Both the position numbers and the translations under genes were made by a program. From positions 1-60,059 of the IMG/VR virus record IMGVR_UViG_3300042465_001922: a stretch of 60,059 nucleotides of DNA; one strand, 5' to 3'. Below are positions 18,498-25,575 of the stretch, piece by piece; within the stretch, counting starts at the first letter, position 1, and every line of letters starts with the position of its first letter. The notes beneath the pieces were generated by a model, which was not told the origin of the DNA, searched no databases, and saw only the letters and a list, made by a program, of their open reading frames with translations. This DNA is from a virus. Taxonomy: Duplodnaviria > Caudoviricetes.

Positions 18498-18527
18498 TTT
18501 ATACCACCCCCAAAACTGTTACGTCAA
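18498..18527 (-). promoter_or_regulatory. Sigma-70-type promoter for the candidate sRNA
   Basis: TTGACG (18527-18522), 18 nt, TATAAA (18503-18498) with TGn extension. Confidence 0.7.
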
Positions 18528-18770
18528 GGGCCTGTAAAGGGGTATTGTGAAGTAGCACTCAGACAGCCAGGAATCTTCCGGCTCAGTGAGGCTTAGCTTG
18601 ACCGGCTGCCCGGTGGTCCGATCCAAGATCATCCAGGCATCTGGGAACCGCTTAAAAAATAGCTGAGCTGCCCGGTTCTCCACCAGACAGGCGAAGTCCA
18701 GGAGTTCATCCTGGGACACCCCTTGTATCCCTACGGATACAGCCATATCTAGGACTTCGTCTTCGGTCAT
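18519..18770 (-). CDS. Hypothetical protein
   Basis: 83 aa, ATGA overlap, last gene of the leftward operon. Confidence 0.65.
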   Translation of the reverse strand: MTEDEVLDMAVSVGIQGVSQDELLDFACLVENRAAQLFFKRFPDAWMILDRTTGQPVKLSLTEPEDSWLSECYFTIPLYRPLT

Positions 18771-19405
18771 TCAGATCTTCCGTCGTAATCAAAGGTGCTT
18801 GTATCTCCCAGCCGCCACTTGGCAAACTGCTCAACCCGGTACTTTCTTTTGGCCACTATGAAATCTGGTTTCTTCATAACCTCTGGGTTAAAAGCAGGTT
18901 CAAAAAATCGGCAGCGGTTATTAGGCTGCAAGGCAAACTGGCCGTTGTCAAGCTTTAAAAGATTGTAGCTCTTATGCTCATCGACGGTCTCGGACAGGGT
19001 GAAGTCCGGGATCCTGGGGTCTGGGTTACAGGTGTCCAGGGTAAACATGTATTCCCCCGCATGAGCCTGGCGATCCTTGCCAAAGAACTCAGCCCGTAGT
19101 CCCTTGAGGAACGGTTTATCAACCACGGTTACGTAGTAGCTCAGCGCATCCCAGATCTCTAATACATCCAGCGGCAGCGGCTTATCGTAGACCGGCATCC
19201 AAGAAAAGGCATGGATCGGCAGCTTGTCATACAAAGCGCCGTACTCAGGAAGATAAGTCTCAAACCTGAACGCCTCGCCACGAATGGCTTTAACGCTGAC
19301 CCAGATCCCGGGGATCAGTGGCGTGTCAGCCGTGCAAGTAAAGTCGTACAAATACTCAGGCCGAACCCAGACTTTAACCGGGGGGAGTGGGCAGACAAAG
19401 TTCAA
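18767..19405 (-). CDS. Hypothetical phage protein
   Basis: LPPVKVWVRPEYLYD...GALYDKLPIHAF...DNGQFALQPNNR; start moved to TTG 19405 (GGAG RBS, overlaps the upstream stop). Confidence 0.75.
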   Translation of the reverse strand: MNFVCPLPPVKVWVRPEYLYDFTCTADTPLIPGIWVSVKAIRGEAFRFETYLPEYGALYDKLPIHAFSWMPVYDKPLPLDVLEIWDALSYYVTVVDKPFLKGLRAEFFGKDRQAHAGEYMFTLDTCNPDPRIPDFTLSETVDEHKSYNLLKLDNGQFALQPNNRCRFFEPAFNPEVMKKPDFIVAKRKYRVEQFAKWRLGDTSTFDYDGRSE

Positions 19406-19653
19406 CTGTTCTTCTCCTTTAGTTTGGCTTCGATGGCACGAAAATACTTGTAGGTATTTACCGTATTGCATGATTTCACAGCGACATCTATTTCCTCATC
19501 CGTCAGCCCAACCCATTCACGCTCAGGCTGCGCTAGTCGGTCACGCAGGGCAGTTTCTGCTTGTAGGTGTCGTTCCATCATTTTCATTGGGATAAATGAA
19601 TAAGCATTTTTAAGCGCTCTCAACGCCATTTGCATTAGTTCACGGTCTGTCAT
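19402..19653 (-). CDS. Hypothetical phage protein (REWVGLTDEEI type)
   Basis: 83 aa MTDRELMQMAL...REWVGLTDEEI...AIEAKLKEKN; GGAGG RBS. Confidence 0.75.
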   Translation of the reverse strand: MTDRELMQMALRALKNAYSFIPMKMMERHLQAETALRDRLAQPEREWVGLTDEEIDVAVKSCNTVNTYKYFRAIEAKLKEKNS

Positions 19654-19940
19654 TTCACCTCCAGGTGTTCGTTATCAAAGAGCCACCCGACTGTCTTACG
19701 GTGGGCCATCTCCCAAATATCAACCCGGTCTTCCTTGCTCATCTTGGACCCCTGATCTAAGTCGAAATGGCACCGATAGCACAGGGCTGCGATCCGATAG
19801 TCATGCGCCTTGATCGAGCGGCCCTTACCATCCCGCAACTGATTGGAATGGGCGGCCACCACGGTCCCGTCGCTAGCGCCACAAAGCTGGCACGGAGATT
19901 CCCGGACTATCTCCAAGAGCTTCTTGTTTCGGTAATTCAT
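19650..19940 (-). CDS. DUF1364/YbcO-like putative HNH-fold nuclease
   Basis: CQLCG...TVVAAHSN...K..D...AALCYRCH..LD. Confidence 0.7.
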   Translation of the reverse strand: MNYRNKKLLEIVRESPCQLCGASDGTVVAAHSNQLRDGKGRSIKAHDYRIAALCYRCHFDLDQGSKMSKEDRVDIWEMAHRKTVGWLFDNEHLEVK

Positions 19941-20136
19941 TTATCAATCCCCTGACTTCAGACAATGTTTGATGGGCTTTGTATAAAGTCTCTAGGCTGG
20001 CGATCCTGTCGTCTTCTAACATCTGTAGCATCTGAGCAGCCTTGAGCATCTCAATCCGCTCTTCCTCAAACTTCATGTGCTTAGCGTTGGCCTTGAGCCA
20101 GACCGCTAGTCTGTACGCCTCATTCATGTTTAGCAC
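19873..20136 (-). CDS. Hypothetical protein
   Basis: 87 aa helical ORF in operon; start uncertain. Confidence 0.5.
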   Translation of the reverse strand: MLNMNEAYRLAVWLKANAKHMKFEEERIEMLKAAQMLQMLEDDRIASLETLYKAHQTLSEVRGLINELPKQEALGDSPGISVPALWR

Positions 20137-20198
20137 TCCACCACAGCAAAATTGTTATGTACGCCATCATGGCTATGTAAAACTTAGCCGGCCCCAAG

Positions 20199-20402
20199 CT
20201 ATTCCACTCCACAACCAGGACTGTTAAGTTCATTTATCTCCTCCATCTGTTCTTTAGTTAGAACGTCTCCGTCGCAGCACTCCGATACCAGGTGCCAGTT
20301 CTCATGGCTGGATACATTTCCCCAGTATTCGGTGCGGCCATATCCAAAGTCACGCTTAACCTCCCGGCAAAGCTTTCTGCATTCGCTACAGATCCCGTCC
20401 AT
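20199..20402 (-). CDS. Small Cys-rich (zinc-binding) protein
   Basis: MDGICSECRKLC...DFGYGRTEYWG...VSECCDGDV; start moved to ATG 20402 (TGATG coupling). Confidence 0.65.
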   Translation of the reverse strand: MDGICSECRKLCREVKRDFGYGRTEYWGNVSSHENWHLVSECCDGDVLTKEQMEEINELNSPGCGVE

Positions 20403-20605
20403 CAGTTCCCCTTTAATTTTTTTTGTTGTTCTCCCAGCCACAGACCAGCACATGTCATCTCTAGCTCGTCTGATGGGGGATTGGTTTTCAATGCTGCCTT
20501 CATGCCGGCCTTGTAGCCATCGTCCCAGTATTCCTTTGGGGCGGGGCGGGTAGAAATTAGTATGCCAAGAATGACAGCTAAAAACGCACCAATGATGTAG
20601 TTCAA
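20402..20605 (-). CDS. Membrane-anchored hypothetical protein
   Basis: N-terminal hydrophobic helix; GAGGAGG RBS. Confidence 0.65.
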   Translation of the reverse strand: MNYIIGAFLAVILGILISTRPAPKEYWDDGYKAGMKAALKTNPPSDELEMTCAGLWLGEQQKKLKGN

Positions 20606-20838
20606 TCTGCTTCCTCCTCAAGATCACACTTTGCACCAGCCTCAAACCCCTTGGTCCAAGCCCTCTGCCAGCAAAGACACCACAGATCGTAATAGCCACC
20701 ACCGAGAGGAAACTTAAACTCTGGATCGTTGTGCATTTCAAACAAAGACTTAACATCTTTGCGTTTAATAAACGCCTCCCAAGATTTGTCTCGGTCTATG
20801 TTTTTTAGAGGAATGTCATCAAATAGTCCTTTAGGCAT
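20602..20838 (-). CDS. Hypothetical protein
   Basis: 78 aa, AAGGAG RBS. Confidence 0.65.
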   Translation of the reverse strand: MPKGLFDDIPLKNIDRDKSWEAFIKRKDVKSLFEMHNDPEFKFPLGGGYYDLWCLCWQRAWTKGFEAGAKCDLEEEAD

Positions 20839-20910
20839 TGTTCTTCTCCTTTAAGTTTTCTTTAATAAGAATTTTTATATTTAAGCAATCTTTAATAAGT
20901 TTGCGTTTTT

Positions 20911-21627
20911 TCATAGCCCCGTTAACCTTCCTTCAAATGTGTATGTTCCGGTATGGTTCAGCATGATCCAGGGTGCTAGGTAGACCTTGCCACCGTGCTG
21001 CCGCCACAGCTTGCAAAATGAGTTGTCCTCTGAGTACAGCTTGGTGTTCTCTACCAATAGCCTGAAGAAGTTCTTGATCGGGCGGTCCTTGTGATCTGGG
21101 TGCCAGTACTCATCCACCAAAGGGGCCAGCTCCTCAAACACCCGGCGCTTGATCAGCATGAACCCGGTGGCTACGGTCTCCACCTCCAAGGGGTTCTCAA
21201 ACTTATGCTCTCCCTCTGTACCGGGGATGATGGCAAACGTCGGACGACCAGTGTGGTATTTCAACTGATCCACTGGGACGCCTGCCTTGACCGCCTTCTG
21301 AACCTCCTCCCAATCAATCATCTTCTTGGGATAGTTACCCGCGATCAGATCCTTGTTCTCCTCGATGAGGCTGAACACATGCTCCGGCTTAAACGATACG
21401 TCTGCGTCAATGAACATAAGGTGGGTGCAGTCCGTCTCAGCCAAGAAGTAATGAGCTAGCAGGTTACGGGCATTCACAATCAGGGCATCGTTGTTGACCA
21501 CCCGGATCTTGAGCGGCACGTTGTAATTCCGGCAGGCCACAGACAGATCAGACAGAGCCAGGGCGTAGGGTGAATAACACATCCCGCCGTACATCGGTGT
21601 AGCTACAAACAGTTTAGTACCTTTCAT
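20911..21627 (-). CDS. GT-A-fold glycosyltransferase-like protein
   Basis: LFVATPMYGG...ARN...THLMFIDADV (DxD)...ATGFMLIKR...SEDNSFC...LNHTG. Confidence 0.8.
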   Translation of the reverse strand: MKGTKLFVATPMYGGMCYSPYALALSDLSVACRNYNVPLKIRVVNNDALIVNARNLLAHYFLAETDCTHLMFIDADVSFKPEHVFSLIEENKDLIAGNYPKKMIDWEEVQKAVKAGVPVDQLKYHTGRPTFAIIPGTEGEHKFENPLEVETVATGFMLIKRRVFEELAPLVDEYWHPDHKDRPIKNFFRLLVENTKLYSEDNSFCKLWRQHGGKVYLAPWIMLNHTGTYTFEGRLTGL

Positions 21628-22187
21628 CTTTTCCTCACAATGGTTTGCGCTCCCCAGCCGACTAGCTGGGCTTCCTCTGCGAAGATGTTGACAAAAGCAT
21701 CAATGGCCATCTTGGGGCGATGCAGGATATCTCGTGAGTCTCCCCACATATAGTCATCAAAGACCATCAGACCACCTTGACGCAGCAGCGGCCACGCCAT
21801 ACAAGCATCGGTCAGAACATCCTTCGCCACATGAGAGCCGTCGATGTAGATGAAATCCATCTCCGGAGCGCCTGTAATAATGGTGGCAAGCGCTCGGTAA
21901 GACTCATCTTTTAACTTGTAAATTTTTTGCTCACTACGCTTGGCCTTTTTTACGTTGGTTTCAAACCTAGTTTCAACCTGATCAAAGTCTATGCCTTGGT
22001 GATCTTCGCCGCCGGCCCAGGTATCCACGCAGTACAAGATTCCATCATCGGTCAGCATGTTCTCAATGATCCACACAGCTGACTGACCTTCATATGATCC
22101 AATCTCCAAGACCCTGCCAGCCCTAGGGAACTGGGACCAGCCGTGGGCGGTACGTTTGAACCAGTCGTTAGTGAACTCGTAGCTCAT
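21624..22187 (-). CDS. Class I SAM-dependent methyltransferase (Methyltransf_24-like)
   Basis: VLEIGSYEGQS, CVDTW, DFIYIDGSH, GGLMVFDDY. Confidence 0.85.
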   Translation of the reverse strand: MSYEFTNDWFKRTAHGWSQFPRAGRVLEIGSYEGQSAVWIIENMLTDDGILYCVDTWAGGEDHQGIDFDQVETRFETNVKKAKRSEQKIYKLKDESYRALATIITGAPEMDFIYIDGSHVAKDVLTDACMAWPLLRQGGLMVFDDYMWGDSRDILHRPKMAIDAFVNIFAEEAQLVGWGAQTIVRKR

Positions 22188-22525
22188 ACAGAGCCTCTGT
22201 TATTGTTGTTTCTGTTCGCGCATGGCCATACTGCCTGAAGCGATTCTCTGACCAACGTATATCCCTGCATGTGTCGCCTAGAAGGATTGGAATTTAGGTA
22301 CTGTTTAACTATGTCGTTAATCTGTCCAGCAGTAATCCCAGACTCTGTCTTTGGACAGAAAGCAACATGCACGTAAGCATCATAAATACCGATGACGTAT
22401 CCAAGACCGTACATTCTTTCCATAACATCCGTCGAGGTCAGTCTTTGATGCAAATCATTTCCTGACCAGAACTCCGCCCTAGCTAAAGCCGGAATCATTA
22501 GTAGTGCAATCAGTATCTTTCTCAT
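22184..22525 (-). CDS. Secreted Rap1a-like immunity protein
   Basis: Signal peptide ending ARA; SGNDL...GYVIGIYD...FCP...ITAGQINDIVKQYL..NP..RH...L...WPC pattern. Confidence 0.7.
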   Translation of the reverse strand: MRKILIALLMIPALARAEFWSGNDLHQRLTSTDVMERMYGLGYVIGIYDAYVHVAFCPKTESGITAGQINDIVKQYLNSNPSRRHMQGYTLVRESLQAVWPCANRNNNNRGSV

Positions 22526-22728
22526 ATCTTCCTCTGGCAGTTATACGCCTGGGCATGAACCCTAAATGAACCGGAATACTTGCAGTCCTCCATGATGTCT
22601 TCTTGCTTGTAAACAATTCCAAGCATGATTCCAATAATGAGGGCGATGATTGCCCCCATCATGTTGGCCCATGTCGCCCTGATTCCACGTTGAATCTTTT
22701 GCCACTCAATTAAAGACGGATGGCTCAT
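22522..22728 (-). CDS. Small membrane protein
   Basis: 68 aa, one hydrophobic helix; starts 2 nt after the RAMP-like gene stop. Confidence 0.65.
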   Translation of the reverse strand: MSHPSLIEWQKIQRGIRATWANMMGAIIALIIGIMLGIVYKQEDIMEDCKYSGSFRVHAQAYNCQRKI

Positions 22729-22730
22729 GG

Positions 22731-23351
22731 TTAGTCCTGTGATAGTTCAAAGTTGTTAACAACGAATCTGCCATAGGTTGGACGAAAATCCCCAATCCCA
22801 ATCAGCCGACCGCTCGTGTCAATCACATCCCGCAGTAGCACCGGATCAATGTACTCGGGCAGCAGAACCTGGAGGCTAAAGTCAGCAGTCCACCCCTGCT
22901 TCATAGCCGGACGGGTGCGATTGATACCGGCCCGCTGAATAGTTACGCGACACGTATGTAGGTAGTCCCAGTTGTCAACGCCCAGTGTGGACAAGTTGGT
23001 CAGCGGTACGATGCCGGCTTTAAACAGATCCATAGCTGATTTGCGTGGGCTGCGCGGGTCTTGTTTAAACTTGGCCGCATGAATGATCGCCTGGCGTAGA
23101 TACTCACCAGGTACGCATAGCTCCCCGTCACTGTTACGCCAGACATAAGACTCAATGTCATCGGTCTTCTTGGCTGCGCTGTTCTTGGATGCCTTGGACT
23201 TAGCCTCAACCGCCTCGCAGTTCCAGCGATGAAACAACATGTCCGATGTTCCCTCAAGTCTTATGTGTACCGCATACGGAAGGCTTGCTTCAATTGCCTG
23301 CTTTGCACCGTTTGTCTTTTCCGACACTACCTTTAAAGCTGTCTTACCCAT
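22731..23351 (-). CDS. Stand-alone RAMP/Cas7-like protein (Vipr-like candidate)
   Basis: Beta-strand VHIRLEGTSDMLFH; LCVPGEYLRQAIIHAAK (cf. RAMP xxIPGSSLKGxxR); C-terminal Gly-rich loop GRLIGIGDFRPTYGRF; AAGGAG RBS. Confidence 0.75.
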   Translation of the reverse strand: MGKTALKVVSEKTNGAKQAIEASLPYAVHIRLEGTSDMLFHRWNCEAVEAKSKASKNSAAKKTDDIESYVWRNSDGELCVPGEYLRQAIIHAAKFKQDPRSPRKSAMDLFKAGIVPLTNLSTLGVDNWDYLHTCRVTIQRAGINRTRPAMKQGWTADFSLQVLLPEYIDPVLLRDVIDTSGRLIGIGDFRPTYGRFVVNNFELSQD

Positions 23352-23370
23352 TTTTAATTCTCCTTGTTAA

Positions 23371-23645
23371 GTAAAAAACCACACCACACACTTCCCTACC
23401 TGACCGCGACCAGCCTTACCTTAAAGTCTCATTGGAAAAACCAAACCTCACCCCACCTTGACCCACCTGGCCGGACCGGGCCTTACTTCGGCTCGCCGTG
23501 CCTCACCTTACTTAGTTTTTCCAATGAAACCTTGCCACACCAAACACGTGCCATGCCATTCCCAGCCCGACCGATCCAAACCAAACCGGGTAAAAAATCC
23601 ATGCCATGCCCCAGCTCACCATGTCCGACCGGACCATGCCGAGAC
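23371..23645 (-). ncRNA. Array of four GGY-NN pentamer tracts (candidate guide RNAs)
   Basis: 46 units in 5-nt phase, 32 exact GGY; tracts 23598-23645, 23529-23589, 23440-23514, 23378-23422; U-rich linkers; fills the whole intergenic gap. Confidence 0.8.
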
Positions 23646-23873
23646 TTAGTCTTGCGTTAACTCCTTTATTCTGTTTTGCAGATGGTTGATATGAGCGGAC
23701 TGCTGCTCAATCCTTTCTTGATATCTACGCATCTGCATTCCTACGTCCTCAATCAGATGACCCAGCTTTATTGCAAACTCTCGGAAGTCTGCTGCATTTG
23801 ATTCTGGATCTGCACTAGGGGTATGCCCCCGTGCATACATATCTTCTGCAAGCTGAATCATGTCTCGGATCAT
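23646..23873 (-). CDS. Hypothetical coiled-coil protein
   Basis: 75 aa, ATGA overlap; its stop abuts the GGY-NN array. Confidence 0.65.
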   Translation of the reverse strand: MIRDMIQLAEDMYARGHTPSADPESNAADFREFAIKLGHLIEDVGMQMRRYQERIEQQSAHINHLQNRIKELTQD

Positions 23874-24157
23874 CTTGTCCTCAGTAGTTCATTTATTTGA
23901 TCTGACAATATCGCTCCGACATCCCGACCATGAACTGCAACCATCTGAGCTTCTTTGCAGTCGTAAACAACCTTGGCAGCATCTCGGACCCCTTGGTTAT
24001 ATCCAGCAACAAACTGATCAGTGCTTCCATCTAAAAGCATTGCAATAGCATCCCGCACAAGCGTCGATGCCTTGCGTTCTTTGGCCAGCTCCTTGAGCTT
24101 CAAGTGCTGATCCCGTGGCAAGTAAAACGAAAACGGGACTAACTTACGCTCTTCCAT
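23870..24157 (-). CDS. Ribbon-helix-helix-like DNA-binding protein
   Basis: LVPFSFYLPRDQHLKLKELAKERKASTLVRDAIAMLL strand-helix-helix pattern. Confidence 0.55.
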   Translation of the reverse strand: MEERKLVPFSFYLPRDQHLKLKELAKERKASTLVRDAIAMLLDGSTDQFVAGYNQGVRDAAKVVYDCKEAQMVAVHGRDVGAILSDQINELLRTR

Positions 24158-24678
24158 GTTTGAAATTCCCTGTTAACTCTCTCCAAAAGCTTTCTTGCTT
24201 CAGGATTGGTTTTAAGTTCTGACCGTGATGTGACGTTGCAATACGACCGCAGCCACTCTGTTGCTTCCTTTTCTTCTGCATCAAAGATCTGGTTCTCGCT
24301 ATGCAAGTACTCCCAGAATTCTTTGTCCCTGCATAACAACCCAGCAAGACGGACAGCTTTGTCACCCTCGAACTCGCGGTCCCGATCAAGCGGCATCTCA
24401 TCAGAGCTGAGTCTGACCATGACCACCTGATACCGGGAGCCAACGAAATCCCGAAGCAGATCCTCCGGAATCTCGTCTGGGTGCATAGACAAGGTCAGCA
24501 CGTAGCCGGTCTTGTCTTGTTTGAGGGCAACCTTGACCGCCTCAAACTGAAGTGTTTTGACCTCAGAATGGTACGTCACTGTCGTCCTCGGCAGAGTTGT
24601 CGTGAGCTGCCTTCTGCTGCTGGTCAGCTTTGGGTTGTGGAATAAACGGCTCGGATACTGATAGCGACATGTAGTCAC
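24139..24678 (-). CDS. Hypothetical phage protein (start uncertain)
   Basis: Protein-like from about 24561 (VKTLQFEAVKVALKQDKTGYVL...CNVTSRSELKTN); the track start overlaps the SSB gene by 116 nt. Confidence 0.6.
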   Translation of the reverse strand: MTTCRYQYPSRLFHNPKLTSSRRQLTTTLPRTTVTYHSEVKTLQFEAVKVALKQDKTGYVLTLSMHPDEIPEDLLRDFVGSRYQVVMVRLSSDEMPLDRDREFEGDKAVRLAGLLCRDKEFWEYLHSENQIFDAEEKEATEWLRSYCNVTSRSELKTNPEARKLLERVNREFQTWKSVS

Positions 24679-24865
24679 GCCCAGCTAAAGATGTTCGGTT
24701 CCATGCCGATATGGACAGCTTGACTGGGTTCTCACCCTTGCCGATCTGATCCATCAGCAACTGCTTATCAACAACAATCTCTCCCCGCATATCGGGGTGA
24801 TTGTCTGAAGACTTCTTGTCGTTGTGCCACAACGATCCGGTGTTTGGCTTCGGTACAAAACTCAT
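24563..24865 (-). CDS. Single-stranded DNA-binding protein
   Basis: GSLWHN.K....HPDMRGEI...ISAW...YMSLSVSEP; acidic tail EDDSDVPF; next to ERF. Confidence 0.75.
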   Translation of the reverse strand: MSFVPKPNTGSLWHNDKKSSDNHPDMRGEIVVDKQLLMDQIGKGENPVKLSISAWNRTSLAGRDYMSLSVSEPFIPQPKADQQQKAAHDNSAEDDSDVPF

Positions 24866-25572
24866 GCTGCCTCCTTAAATTTGTTACGGGCTTGGGTAAA
24901 TTTGTCCATCAGGTCTTTAAAGAACGTAGCGTCTTGAGCTTTAACCTCCTCAAAGAGTTGCTTGTTCTTTTTGTAGATCGCCATCACATCATCCTCGCTG
25001 GTTGTAATGCTCAGCATTGAGGTGGCGGCGGTCTCAATAATCTCCATCCAGTCTGCTGATCCTGGGGTGCCAGACACAACCATCTGCCAATCACCAGGTT
25101 TACCTGCGATAGTTGTCTCAGTCTTGGGTGGCGGCGCGGGCGGAGCTGCAACAGGCTTTGGCACGGGCTTTGGCGCTACAGCCGGAGCAGAGTCCTTATC
25201 AGTCGTTGCATCTAATGCGTCATGCTCAACAATCTCCAGGGCATTCACATACAGATAGCGGCGCAGATAGGAGATCGACGCACCAAGGTTCTGGATAGGG
25301 TGACATCCCTTGAGTTCAGCCGCAGCCATCGGGGCCGTGAACAGCACGTACTCTTCCGGCTTGTCGGTGTTGTAGACCGTCAAAGTAGCGTCGCTAGAGC
25401 CAACCCTAAACACACCACAAAGGCCAGTATCACTAAAGATGGTTTGAACAGCTGGTAAAAAATCTTGAAGTTCGAAATATTCATAGCCTGCAAACTTGTT
25501 CTTGCCAGACTTATTGAGCTTCTTTTCCTGAAGCACTAGCCTAGCGGTTTGTAATTTCTGATATACGTTCAT
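24862..25572 (-). CDS. ERF-family single-strand annealing protein
   Basis: KSGKNKFAGYEYFELQD...IQNLGASISYLRRY...LEIVEHDALD. Confidence 0.85.
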   Translation of the reverse strand: MNVYQKLQTARLVLQEKKLNKSGKNKFAGYEYFELQDFLPAVQTIFSDTGLCGVFRVGSSDATLTVYNTDKPEEYVLFTAPMAAAELKGCHPIQNLGASISYLRRYLYVNALEIVEHDALDATTDKDSAPAVAPKPVPKPVAAPPAPPPKTETTIAGKPGDWQMVVSGTPGSADWMEIIETAATSMLSITTSEDDVMAIYKKNKQLFEEVKAQDATFFKDLMDKFTQARNKFKEAA

Positions 25573-25575
25573 TGT

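Noticed and set aside
20831-20914. AT-rich 27-codon ORF with direct repeat TCTTTAATAAG (20859, 20889)
   Set aside because: Too short to call; looks like a deletion remnant that preserves translational coupling
23371-23645. Canonical CRISPR array or simple microsatellite
   Set aside because: No 23-47-nt direct repeats with unique spacers; the units are not identical copies, with about 3 of 5 positions constrained and 2 free
23364-23660. Track ORFs 23364..23660 and 23458..23649 (plus), Pro/Thr/His-rich
   Set aside because: Antisense to the operon, no RBS; their composition is a by-product of the RCC-NN periodicity
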